Below, piece after piece: positions 36,990-49,745 of a stretch of DNA of 49,745 nt. Position 1 is the first letter of the stretch; each line of letters opens with the position of its first letter. The notes below the pieces were generated by a model. It did not search any database, was not told where the DNA came from, and saw only the letters and a program-made list of their open reading frames with translations. Both the position numbers and the translations under genes were made by a program. The stretch is from Bigelowiella natans CCMP2755 (taxonomy: Eukaryota > Protista > Cercozoa), in contig ADNK01000534.1 in the NCBI GenBank assembly GCA_000320545.1, positions 1 through 49,745 of the forward strand, in the 5' to 3' direction.

Positions 36990-37440
36990 GACAGCCCGCT
37001 ACGAATCTCTTAGAAAGGTTGATAATTGACAAGTCGCAGCCTAATCCAGACCAGCATTTCATTGGTAAACTACCAAGACGCTGGGATCCCCGTCTCTGGC
37101 AACAGGGCCATTGATACTCCTAATAAAGAACTTGTTGGAAGGAAACTATCCGTTGTGCCTCGGTCCACTGCAGCAAGCTGATGGAAGAAAAAGGATTGTT
37201 CGCTAGGAGAGGGAGAAGAAGAATCCAGGCGGATTTTGACCAATATCCATCGTAGCAGTCGTCTCATGCGGAAAACATCCCGCGTTCCTTTCCCGCCGGG
37301 AATTCAAAAAAATTCTGGGAGCAAAAGTTGCGCCGCTGTGAGACTGGGGTTTTTGTCTATGATTTTCGGTCTGCGACTAGAAAGTTTCTCTGTCGCAGGC
37401 ACTGATTACATGCTACTTCGAGGCTCGGTCGCCTACGAGT

Positions 37441-39647
37441 ATGCCATTTTCTGAGCAGCACCGCCATATCCTCTCCTCTCTCCTCCCGTCCCCCGAGAAA
37501 AAGGGAACTGGAGGTTCTTTACTGAAGTGGGAGATAGCAACAACGGGTGATACGGTACCAGCCAATCTTGCCTCTGCTTTGCTTTTGCGCTACTTGCGGG
37601 CCGCGGTCGTTTCTAGAAAGCGACGTGTTCGAGTTGATTTATCGTCTTCCCGACGGATAAAAACCTTTCATCAAGTGAAAGTTCGAGAAATAGACAAAAA
37701 TATTTATACACGGCGTCTTATATCGAAGAGCCATTGACTTAGATCCGAGTACCAGACCGCAGAGCACGATGACTCGTGGTAGCCCGGTTCTTCTACCAAC
37801 CTTTATGGCTCTCTCGGTACTGATTGCTCAGCACTTTCTTCAACAACTGGCTGAAATATACCTAAATAAACATATGTTTGTACAACTGCATAGGGACTGT
37901 ATGCTTGCGTAATAAATAATCTTGTCGCTGAGATAAGGAGAGAGAGTGAGAGTTTTAACACTTTTTTTAAGTTGTCCATCATGATTTTGTTATCCCTCCC
38001 TTCCTTCTGTTGACTATATAATGCACAGTTTGGCTTTGCAACGGGCGTCACGAATACGATATATCAGCCGTTTGTTAATGCTACAGATATCAGCAGCAGA
38101 AATAGCAGTCGGTGGAGCACTGGCAGCGTTGCTTCTTTCAACAAGAGGCGAATCAATCTTCTAAGCTCATCATCATCTGCCTCGTCGAGTCCTCCTCCAG
38201 AGAGCGGTATGTGCAAATGCACTCAGCCTTTCCTAAACCAGCCTACAATTACGTGCTTCAACGGCAGCGACTACCAGTACCACGTCTGCCATGGAGACAT
38301 GAAATGTGACTCGATTGAGCAGTTCCCCTTCGGCGAGTGGCTGCAGGGCTGTTCGGTGCGAGGTGATGCGGTAGCGAGCAACTTCTCAATGGGTTCCCAA
38401 GTTGGAATCTACACTGGACGACCTCGTGGTTACGCCTTCGTTGCGCCTTGCTCTCTTAATATAACCGAGCTGCTGGTCCACGGCTCCTCTAGTCTATCGC
38501 AGCACGTCGTCATCGTCCGGGCGAAGAGGAAGAATGGCGGTGGGGGTAGTAACAGCGGCTTTGAACAGTTTCCGGACTCTACGGCCGATGCGGACGTCCT
38601 ATTCGCCTCTTATTCCCGTAACAATGAGCATCGGGGACAAGCCTCTATTCCTGTAGGAGCAACTGTACAAGCAGGCGATCATATCGGCATTCTTGGGTGT
38701 GTTTGCACGTGTGTGTGCGCGCATGTGTGTTTAGAGAACAACAATGGGAACAACACGAGAGTTATAATCAATATAATTAAAGGAAATTCTATCTATCAAT
38801 AACAGTGGTAGTCCAAGCTGCATAATCGCCTAACCCTAATCAATATCGTACTTAAAAATGATTCTTGGTGATCCTTTTTCCCAAGGTACCGTTCCTCAGG
38901 AGGCAATAGCGATGAGATTGTCAGCAGCTACGGCCTCATCAACGATATCTCTGTGTCTCTTTGTGGCCATACCAGCAGTAGCAGCAGCTCAACCTCCTCG
39001 TCAACTCCAAACTTGGTGATACGACGATTCTTGTCGCAGGAGACCGTTCCCCCCTTCAGCCGCTTTTCCGTGGCGTATCACCAGCAGCAGGGCACAAATA
39101 TGATATCTCGCATATCGATCAATGCGACGGAGATTATCATCGATGAGAGGAATGGCGGTGAAGAAATCTCGCCGTCACAACCACCCTTGACGGCGTCCCC
39201 GAATAGTCAAGCCCCTTCTTCCGTCGGAACGGTAGGAGCTAAATTAAGAGGAAACGAGATGATGGCTCGGATAGTGTCTGCTGCTTGCTGATACTTGCTT
39301 GTTTGCTACCACTGCGAACCAATGCCGTATCGTTCCTTCTCGAAATTCGAGGGAAGGGAGCACCTCGTGTGATATACTTACCCCCCTCTATTTCCTCTTT
39401 GCACTTTCCTTGTTTCATAGGAAGGATCCGTGGCGACTTCTTCTCCCTCGCCGTTTTCTTCTTCTCCCTCACGTTTCCCAACGGCGACAGGAAGCTCCTC
39501 CCCTTCATTGTCCCCCGTCACCACCGCACCAACTGTCCCGACAGTTCAGCTGCCGGCAAACACGGGGTGGCAGCTCGGTGGCCCGCCTATCTACGTCTCA
39601 ACTGAGTGAGTTTGCGACGATGGAGGGGGAGTGTGACGAATGCCCCA

Positions 39648-39702
<55 letters not shown>

Positions 39703-39959
39703 GCTGATCTCGGAATCCGACCTCCCCCCCCTCAATTGCCGTCAGGTTCCCCCCGAACGTTCCGCTAGCTCGCAACGCAATGAATGTGATCCGTGGGGGG
39801 GGCACAGTTCCGGGCAGGCGCACACTCGTCTCCTGCTTCCGTGATCAAGCCCACGTGCGTCCAGAGGACGTCAATCCCTGGCTCGCGACTCCAATTGAGA
39901 AAATGATGCACGCTAATGGTAGTAGCTCTGTCTTTGCTAGCGAGACTATTATTAGTAGT

Positions 39960-40002
<43 letters not shown>

Positions 40003-43000
40003 TAATGCAAACTACGCCTAAAGTGATTTCTTCTTACCTTCTCCTGCTCCTCCCCATCACCTCTCTGTTCCATGAATACCAGATACCAGATTCTCCCTGG
40101 TGCTCGAGGAGGTCATATTAACGTTCGACAATCCGGTGAACTGCGGGCTGTTCCTCGCTCGCGACTTAACTATCCGCTCTTCCGTGATCGAAGGGCCGCT
40201 GGATGGATTCGTTCTTCGATCCTCATACGCATCCATTCGACTTGAAAACGTGCTTATCCGCGCTGGAGAGAGATCAAACGCGCTTGGAGTCGTTGCTAGT
40301 CTGGTGAGGGTGGAGGCGACGGCATTCCATGCGCGTGTGGTCATACAGAACAGCACAATCGCGGGACCGATGCAGGTGATGGAAAGCGTCATCTTCCTCG
40401 GCGCGAGAGAGGCAAGTTGCTCCTTCATCAACGTGAGTGTTAGCAACGTCGTCGCGTCCAGGGCTGTCTCAGCTACGTTCCGAGAAGCATTCTTCCCGCC
40501 CCTCTACCACCGCAGCAGCAGCAGCAGCAGCAGCAGTCAGGAAAACAACCCTAGCAACAGTAGATGTGGCTGTTCCAGCCCGTGCTATATCTCCCCCCAT
40601 CACAACAGCTCCTCCTACTGCGATCTCGACACGAATGACAGTGGCGGTAACAACGATGATGACACCGTGGCAGTGGCCGCCTTCCACGCGATAGCCTTCA
40701 TTCACCTTAGCCGAAGCAGCTACGTCGATGATGTGAGCAACGCCAGTGGAGACGGAATGAACTTTGGCGTGCAGATCGAGGGCGTTCAATTCACTAATGT
40801 GAGCGGCTTTCGTGATGGCCTGCTGCTCGCAATTACGACGGGAACAGTAGGGGGAGGGGTAGGAGCGACCCCGACGATGATCCTACATGGCAGCAGCAGT
40901 AGCAGCAACGACGGCTCGGCGAAGAAGAGTCATGATTGTTGTCGCAATCATACGGAGCTGAGGATGCGTGATATTTCTTTTCGAAATTGCGGGCTGGGAG
41001 ACCGTAGTCTGGCAGAAATCATACAAGCTCTGAACATATCGTCTACATCTTCATCATTTCCTTCCATGTCGGCCTCTTCCTCCATCCCCAGCGTCATGTC
41101 GCTATCCTCCTCCTCATCCTCCTGTAACGCTTCTCCAGTCTCCTCTTCCCCATTAACGTCCTCTGCCGGGGTGCGGTTGGAGCTACTAGTGGATATCGAA
41201 CGACTAGTTTACGAGGATGATCAATACGATGATGACGCTGTTGTTGGAACTTCCTCTGATAATTTTGGAGGCAGCCGCAGGGCATTTGTGTCGTTCATCA
41301 CGACTACCTCCTCCTCCTCCTCCTCCTCTTCTCTCCCAGCTACAACGTACCGAATGCAGCTTCTCGCCGATCGAGTCCTGCTCAGAAACTCAAGCTTCGA
41401 TTGGTTTGTCATCGCGAAGAACATCCAGCCCTTGCAGCAGCCATTGCATGGCGGTGACGGTGACGATAAGGGCGATCCCCTCGCCTACGTGAATAGCAGC
41501 TCTAGCAGCAGCAACGAACGGGCCTATCATATCACCGCCGGCCTTTCCAATGTGGAGATACGGTCGTGTCGAAGCCCACCAGCAGCATCAGAGCTAGTTG
41601 TTGCGAACAGTGCGGCGCGAGTACACAAGCAAGGAGCTGCTTCTGTGCTACGCGCGGACGGAACCTTGAGCCTGTCGTGGAACATGGAGAACGTAATGCT
41701 TTGCAGCTGGAAAAGACTCAAATGCCTGAAACCTTTTCCGTTGCTATCATGTTGTTGGGATGATAATGACGATGATGATGATGATGATGATTGAGGATGA
41801 CGATAATGATGATGATGATGCAATGGTGATAGATATTTCAATGGCCCCCAAAATAACTGTAGGTCACAATTCTGAACAGCCCCCACGCGCTAGTAACATC
41901 CTCCCTCTCTTCCGTCGACAGCAACAGCAGCGGCAGTGGTATCAACATCACAATGCGGAACGTAATCGTGAAATACTCGAGAAGTTCTCTCCTCGAGGCT
42001 CTCACCGCAACAGCAGAAGCAGCCAGAGGCGACCATGGAATGATGCTATACGGGCCAATGAGCAATCTACAGCTTGGGGTTATTTCCATCACGGTCGCCG
42101 GCACTTCGAATGCTGCAGCCCAGGCCGACAACGAGGTTGAGAGTAGCAAGAGCAGTGACAAGGATGCTGGCGCGGGGGGGGATGGCAAGGACGCCGTCGT
42201 GCAGATTTTCGCTACGAATTGTTCTTTTGTTGATCTACCCGTCCGCGTGTACGCTATGAAATCGTCGCCCTTCTCACCATCATCTTCTTCGTCTGCACCT
42301 CTCTCACCGCCAGCTATCTCTGCATTCATATTTGTCAAAGCGCCGTCAGTTAGGATGGAGGGGGAGCGCCTTTCTTTCCAAGGCATGCAGCAGCTGTTGC
42401 AGCCTTCCTCCTCCTCCTCCTCCTCCTCCTCCTCCTCCTCCTCCTCCGCCGCCCCAGCGGGCTACTCGATAATTCATTTTCCTTCACAGACGGATTTCGT
42501 CTTCCTCGAGCTTCGTGACATCGACATGCGCGACAACAACAACAATAACATCAACTACTACCAGCGCCACCACCACCGCCATCCAATGCCACCGACGACG
42601 AGAATGCAATTGATGGATATGAGGGCGGCGAGGTTCCGCGCCAGTATCACGAGGGCCATACTCATTCATAATAACAACAATAACAATAACAATAACAACA
42701 ATAACAACGTGGTCTATTACAGCGCCGACTACTATCGTCACCGTCACCAGGGTTTGATCTCGATCGTGAACAGTGTTGGATCGATTTCGATGCAGGATTC
42801 AACTGTGCGATGCAATGCCAATCCGACCGTCGTCCTCTCCTCCGTACGTTGCTTTTCGCTAGATATTACATAGAACAGTAGCAATGGCAGCAGCAGTAGC
42901 AGCAGCAGCAGCATCAACAACAACAACATGGAGACGGAGCGAAAACAAGACTGGCTCAGGGAGGAGAGGGCGGGGATCATCATTATCATCATCATCATTA

Positions 43001-44078
43001 TTATTATTGTACTCTTGTTGCATTCCTCGCTAATTCTATGATTGGCATATCCCAATCAGGATCTCTCCTTCTCCACGGCAAACCGACAACGGCTTCACCT
43101 GTCTCGAACAAACTTCGAAGGGAACGTGGGCGGATTACGTGGTGCTGTGTTTTCTAGCTCTCCCAACGGCTTGATCTACGCCGACTCTTGCGCTTTCTCC
43201 GCAAATAAAGCGACCGCCAGGGATATTCCTCCGGAGGATGCCGTCCCTCCCTCCCCCCCCCCATCCTCGTCCTCTTCAGCACTACTATCATCACCATCCT
43301 CAGGAGTGGGTGCTGCGATTGCTAGTCGTGGTAGGGTGGAGGCCCGGGGATGTGTATTCGACAGGAACATGGCGCACAGTGGCGGGGCGATCCATGCGGA
43401 GGATGGCGCTGCCGTTGTTCTGATTGGCTGCAGCTTCACACAGAATGTCGCCTCCTATCAGGCGGGGTAGGTTCCTCACAGGCGTTTCAAAATTTTACTA
43501 GAAAAGGCCTTAGTTCTGCATTCTAAGTTCTTTGTTGCTCCTTGCCACTGCAGCTCTACACGCGGGATTATTGGATGTCATTGCGCTAACCTTTTCATCT
43601 CTGCTTTGCTAACGGATGGTTTTTGTTCTCCTCAGCGACATCTTCGTGGGAAGCTCATCTCTCCTGAGCATCACCGATTCCTCCCTCCATAGCTCTGTCG
43701 CAACCACAAAGGGCGGCTCAATTGTGATAGCCCCCTCCTCCTCTCCGTCCTCCTCCTCGTCGTCGTATTCTCCCTTGATCGACCCCAACCATCAGCACCA
43801 CCGGCACTATATTAGCAATACGTCCTTCTCCAACTCGAGTGCGGGTGAAGAAGGAGCCGTGCTACACGTCGGGACTTCTTCAACTCGGCACGTCGTCGTC
43901 ATGTCGCAGCTTTTAATCCACGGTGCGCGTGTGGCGAGGGGGGCGGGGGCTATATACCTGGGCAGACTTGCTAGCGTCGAGATCGATGGCGCAGAGGCCT
44001 CGCAGCTTCAGGCTGCAAGTGCTGGGTAAGCTAGTAAGGAGAGATGGGGGAGGGAACAAATAGGGGGACGTGAATTAA

Positions 44079-44130
<52 letters not shown>

Positions 44131-44659
44131 CTTGTTTATCATCTTCGTTGCTGTCTTAATCTCCCATCTTCTTTTTACTCATCGACTGCTGTCTCTCGTA
44201 ACGGTTTCTCCATTATCACCATCCATCCTCATTGCCGTCCTGACTGCACGCCCGTCACGCAGTTTGCTCCACCTTTCGAGAGCTTCATCGGCCACGATAT
44301 CGTCCCTCCGCGTAAGCAATTCCTCCGTGTCTAGTGCGGGCGGCGTGGCCGTCTTCTCATCCGAGTCGAGGGCGGTGTTCAGCAACTGCACCTTCGAGAC
44401 CAGCAGGGCGGGGCGGCAGGGCGGCGTCTTTGCCGTGGAGGAAGGAGCCTCTGTGATTGTGGATGGATTGGTATGTGAAGGCGCGAGTGCAGGTGCTCAG
44501 GGAGGATTTGCCTTCGTCTCGGCTGGGAACCTTACCGTCTGTAATGCAGCCATCCGCCGCACAGAAGGGACTACTGAGGGAGGGGTAAGCTCCGTAGTTG
44601 TCTACGCTTTGCTTTGGAGCGTCCGTCCATCTACGAGCATTAGATATGTGCATTCTATA

Positions 44660-44718
<59 letters not shown>

Positions 44719-45245
44719 ATCGTTATTCATCTTCCATACTCCCAATCTCTTGCTCTCTCCTCCCCCGTGCACCGTACACGCAGGTGGTATTCGCTAAGCT
44801 TGGCGGTGCGGTGGTGTTTCTCAGAGATGTGTCGTTGGAGCTGATTTTCGCTTACGACGACGACACATCCTCATCATCATCAACAACAACAACAACAGCA
44901 GCAGCAGCAGCAGCAGCAAGTAGAGCAGGTAGGGGGTCTCTGGTGACGCTCACACATGGTGCGAGAATGAAAGTGGCGGGCTGTTCCATCACGTATCATT
45001 CTACCCGTGGTCATCGCTATCAGGAAGGGAGCGTGTTTGAGCTCCGCGACAGCTCCTTGCTGCATTTCCGATCTTCAAACGTGTCGTTTGTCTACTCCTC
45101 TTGCTCCCTTCCGTCGTTGTCGCCGTCCTGCACAGCTGGTGGTAGTAGGCGAACATCACAGCTACTGTTACCTCGTGCAGGTGAATCCCGCGGTTGCATG
45201 CATCTTTGTTCTCGCTTGCCCCCCCCCCTCTCTCTCTCTCTCTCT

Positions 45246-45304
<59 letters not shown>

Positions 45305-47174
45305 AGTGAGTGTATGTTACGTATCCGTCGGTATGGACACGTGCCAATCAGATTGATCTTGTTGCTGTGGTTAGGTTTCATTTCTGCCCGACACAAAGCT
45401 ACTCTCACCATAGTCTCGTCGTACTTTGTTGGTCTGCTTGGTGATGATCACCGCCATGGAAGAAGCACACAGGAAGTGGAGACTCGTATACGTGGTGGAG
45501 GCGCATTGCTGGACGTTTCAGACCGCTCCGTTGTTACGCTAAGAAACTCGCACATCGCAGACCTCTCCATCTCATCAATTTTGCAGGTATTCGCGAATAT
45601 ATATAAATTGTCCAGTCGATGATGCCTCGCGCTGGTTGTTAGTAGAGGAATAAGACAAAAAAAAAGACCCGACGGACTAGAGGGGGGTGGAAGATGCGGA
45701 CCTGACCGGGGGGGGGGGGGGGGGAGGATATGAATAGCTGGTAGATGGGCAGAATTAGGATGATTTATTACTCACAGCGATAAGTAGCACTGATAGTAGT
45801 GCCGGAGTAAGATGGAAGACAAGGAAGTCATTCGATATAATGATGATGATGATGACGATGATGATGATAATGATGATGATATTGCAACAACTAATCGGTG
45901 ATGATGATGGCAGGTAACTAGCCTCGCCTCTCTAGCAGTCGACCATTGCTCGTTTCGACGCAACACCCTTGTAAAGGCGACAGAGGAGCAAGTTCATGAG
46001 GAGGAGGAGGAGGAGGAGCAGGCGCTCCTGCTGCTCGCCAGTAGCGGACCGATCACAATATCTAATTCAGTGTTCGCCGATAATGCAAATGAGAACAAAT
46101 TCTCGTACTCGTCGCCATCGTCGTCCATAATCCTGATCAAAAGAGGACGAGGTGATATGGACGCCCCTTCCTCTTTTTTGAACTTCACTTCCTGCCTGTT
46201 CCAAAGGAACAGAAACAACGACGGCAGCGCGCGGGGGGTGGGGGGCGGGGCGCTGAGCGTCCTTCTCGATGAAAGCCAAGATGAGCGCCAGCTATCGTTT
46301 GACAATACCAATAGCGGTAGTGGTAATGATGTGCCCGCCTCCTCCTCTCCCTCTGCAGTCACACACGATTCATCCTCTCCGTCACTCATACTGCACATCG
46401 ACAGCTGCGTTTTTGAACGCAATGCGGCCTTTAGCAGGGGGGGGGCTATTTCGGTGGTCGTCGCAGCAGCAGCAGCAGCAGCAGCAACAGTAAGGACGGA
46501 GAGGAGGCGAAGGCTAGAGCTCTTTGTCTCTCACACCATGTTTCTCTCCAATGAGGCCTACAATGGCTTCTTTGTCGACCGGGGAGGGGGCTATGGCGGT
46601 GCTGTTGCATTCGAAAGCGGCGAGCGGACGGAGGGAGGGGAAACACCGTCGCTCTTCTCCTGTCGCTCCTGCATCTTCCACTCGAACACGGCCTTCGCAA
46701 AGGGAGGCGCTCTGTATCTTGTCGGCGGCGGCAGGGGGGGGGGTAGAGGACCAGAGGCAGCCACGTCGCCGTCATCATCGCCAGCAGGGAGCGCTGTGGT
46801 AATCTCGATCGACTGCCGATTTACCAACAATTCTGCCACCCACGGGGCCGGGGGGGGGATATACTGGGATGATCTCGGCTCGAGGCCACAGCTTGGAGGA
46901 GAGGAGGAGCATGACGGCGGCGGCAGTGATACAGGATATCCAGTCTTTGCATCAAACTACGCGCTGCAGGGAGGGGACATCGCCAGCGGGCCTTTTGCCG
47001 TGGATCTGCTGCTAAGTGGTGGTGGTGGAAACGAGACTGTGGAGGGTTTGGGCTGTTTGACCTCTTCTAAGCTGAACGGTACTGTCAGCTGGATGTGTTA
47101 CTGGCGAGTTCTTGGAGCGATCTTGGTCGACGTGAGGGACTTTTATGGCTCGCCAATCAAGGTAGATGTGTGTG

Positions 47175-47226
<52 letters not shown>

Positions 47227-48986
47227 TGGCTCAAAACATCATTATCCTGCCCTCGTGATAACACTGTAGTGCTACCAATGTAGGACAACGTGACGGTTCT
47301 GCTTGAGGCTGAGCTCACATCCGATAACAAGTCCTCCTCGTCGTCAACAGTTGTTGCAGTGATCGGCAGCACGATGCGAGAAGTGGACACAGCTTCTTCT
47401 TCTTCTTCCTCCTCCTCCTCCTCCTCCTCCTCCTCCTCCTCATCGTCCTTCGTTACCACTACTTGCTTTGGCTCGCTCTGTGAGAGGCAGCCGACGCTTA
47501 CTCTACTAATGCTATCTTACGAAGGCCTCTCGTCGTCGTCGCCCGGACCCTCTCCAACATCGGTCGTTCTGTCGGCAACGGCCTTCACGGAGGCGTCTCC
47601 TTCTCCGGTGGGCAGTCACCATTCTATGAACAAGGAAGGAGGAGTCCGCGTTGTCGCTCGAAGCAGCAGCATCAGCAGTGTTGAGCTTGTCCTCACTGCT
47701 GCGGTAGTGAATGGAAAGGATGATCCTGTTAGCAGCGGCGGCGGTGGTGACGACGGTATAATCGCCAGCTGCGGACGAGGAGGACACATTCTTGGAGAAG
47801 GAGGTGAGTGCGTGGCGTGCCCTGCGGGTAAGTTCCAGCCGGAAATACCCCCAGCTAGGAGCTCCATCTGCCGTGACTGCCCTTCCGGAAGGTACCACCA
47901 CCTTCATCTACACTAGTCACTGATGACGATATGTTTGGAGGGGGGGCGTCGTAGTTGAAAATTGCCATTAGAAGTTGTTGATTCAAAAAAGAAAACGAGA
48001 TGCCTGTGACGATGCAGCACGCAAACAACATGCATACGCGCCACTGTCAGGTATGCCCCCTTTCCACAGTCGATCGAGTGCTTTGAGTGCCCGGGGAGGA
48101 CGCCACCAGCTTCGTCGCTGGGGGGGGGCGGGGCGCGGAGCTGTCTTGTGTGCTCCCAACTTGGCGACGAGATATACAATTTCAACGCTAGCCGCTGCGA
48201 CATGTGTCCGTCTGGTGCTGTCGCAAGGACGCCCGAATTGACCTCCTGCGAGTGTGGGCTAGGATTCTACACCGACGATGAGGAAGATGGCCAAGCCAAT
48301 GTTGCAGCCTCAGCCACGCTGCCACCACCTCTCCCTCCCCTCCCCTCCCCCCTCCCCCTCGGTGCATTGAATGCCCAGAAGGAGCGGTGTGCGATAGCGC
48401 AGGACTGAGCAGAACAAATGTTAATGCCAAGGCTGGATTCTGGCGCAACACGTTCTTCTCTTCCTCACCAACGGCAGACGGTAGCACTGTGATATGTGTG
48501 AAAGATGTGTACCCACGATGCTAACAGCATTGCGTTGGAAAACAACAACAACAACAACAACTGAGATGCGTTTTGCTCTCTACGTTTTGCATGGTTCACG
48601 GTGATGATGATGTCGATGATGATGATTTCGCCTCCTCGTGTTTCTCACTAAGAGCTGAAGAAGATGAACAGCCTGGCGATAACAGTCCTAGTACACTTTC
48701 ATGATTGTGTCTCGATGAAGGACGCACGCATTCGCCCCACGTTATGCTCTGTGGTTAGTTATTACTCGCACATCTGTAGGTAGCACGACGGATAATGGCA
48801 AGGCCGCCTCCCGCCGTAACGCCTCCTCCAGCTCCAAACAGCAAGGAATGGAGCAAGAAAGTAGAGGGGAGGGAGACGTACAGGAGGGTACCTCATCCCC
48901 CCGCTTACGATTTGAGCGGTGCAGGAGCTCAAAATGTGTCGGTGGCGCCAGAGGGTACTTTCTCTTACAACAGATATTGAAAGATG

Positions 48987-49032
<46 letters not shown>

Positions 49033-49140
49033 TCATGAGAAGGGGGAGGACAGAGATCGAAATCTCCATTATTACCAATGCAGGTGTGTCATTGGCCATA
49101 CCGGCATCCTATGCACGGAGTGCGCAAAGGGCTGGATCAG
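37441..49140 (+). CDS. Very large secreted/surface protein: pectin-lyase-like beta-helix with polymorphic-membrane-protein-type (FxxN...GGAI) repeats and Cys-rich TNFR/ephrin-receptor-like repeats; partial, start uncertain
   Basis: Long + strand exons (38089-38697, ~40090-41690, ~41860-42840, 43060-43467, ~45910-47161, 47244-47890 etc.). Repeated FDRNMAHSGGAI, FERNAAFSRGGAI, FHSNTAFAKGGAL, FTNNSATHGAGGGI, then CVACPAGKFQPE...CRDCPSG and CVIGHTGILCTECAKGW. No stop seen, so it probably continues beyond the window. Confidence 0.75.
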
Positions 49141-49232
49141 GTCTATAGTTCGACTTTATTCTGCCGGTTGGGGGGGGGGGGGGGAATCTGTCTATGCCAT
49201 TAACATTTTACAATAATATCTGATGTCGTATA

Positions 49233-49745
49233 TAAGGGGGGGGGGGGGGGAAAAAATGAGGGTGACGCCCTAATTTGGATATTTCTCCTCCCCTAATTTT
49301 TCAACTTCTCTGCGTTTCTCATTGTTCCCCCCCCCCCTTTACTTCTGGAAATCAGCTAAAGACAGAAACAACTGCCATGTGTACATCAATCTTCCTTCAT
49401 TCTTCCATTAGCTTTTGCAAAATCAACACCATCAGCTTCTAAACCAGCTTTGGGTATTTCATGCACATGCGTGCTACCACCATCCCAACAACATGCAAAC
49501 AACGCACATCTGCATGGGATTTTCAAGGCGCATGCTGTCGCAGTGTCGATGCTGTTGTTCCTCCATGGCCACACTGGCAGCCAGTAGTCCACCTTGCTTG
49601 CAATTTATAACTGCTTTTTTCCACGATGATTTTTGATTGGTCAGCTCACTGATGCTATGCGATTTTACGCAACACGATCCACACATGCATTCACAAGTGC
49701 GCGAGCGAAAAGGCGAGCTCTAAAGCCGTCACACATCTCCGACGT
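49233..49745. mobile_element. Probable TE end inserted in an intron: ~108-bp terminal hairpin followed by TpA-poor degenerate sequence
   Basis: AAG(n)AAAAAATGAG at 49234-49260 is the imperfect inverted complement of CTCATTGTTC(n)TT at 49318-49339. Two internal CCCTAATTT repeats. Downstream sequence is CA/TG-rich. Confidence 0.35.

Overview
Eukaryotic nuclear DNA with many short GT-AG introns and dense microsatellites. A signal-peptide plus transit-peptide protein and the gene content suggest a secondary-plastid alga such as a chlorarachniophyte (inference). From left to right: (1) the 5' end of a young Ty3/gypsy-type LTR retrotransposon (gag ORF running off the window edge, PBS, 326-bp LTR); (2) a ~600-bp tract completely devoid of TpA dinucleotides; (3) a 7-exon polycystin-1/REJ-GPS-like receptor with beta-propeller, mucin stalk and tandem PDZ-like domains; (4) a second TpA-depleted repeat; (5) a membrane-anchored GH81 endo-beta-1,3-glucanase; (6) a possible small ER membrane protein gene; (7) an 18-exon fused beta-alpha cobalt-type nitrile hydratase with His-rich linker and a predicted mitochondrial presequence, head-to-head with a plastid-targeted GNAT acetyltransferase; (8) BCS1; (9) an intronless MORN-like ORF; (10) a Nudix hydrolase; (11) a very large beta-helix/Cys-rich surface protein that probably continues past the window. 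The most unusual signal is context-specific erasure of TpA (TA to TG/CA) in repeat-like DNA, the mirror image of fungal RIP, which suggests a repeat-directed A:T to G:C hypermutation system. Gene models were assembled by eye.
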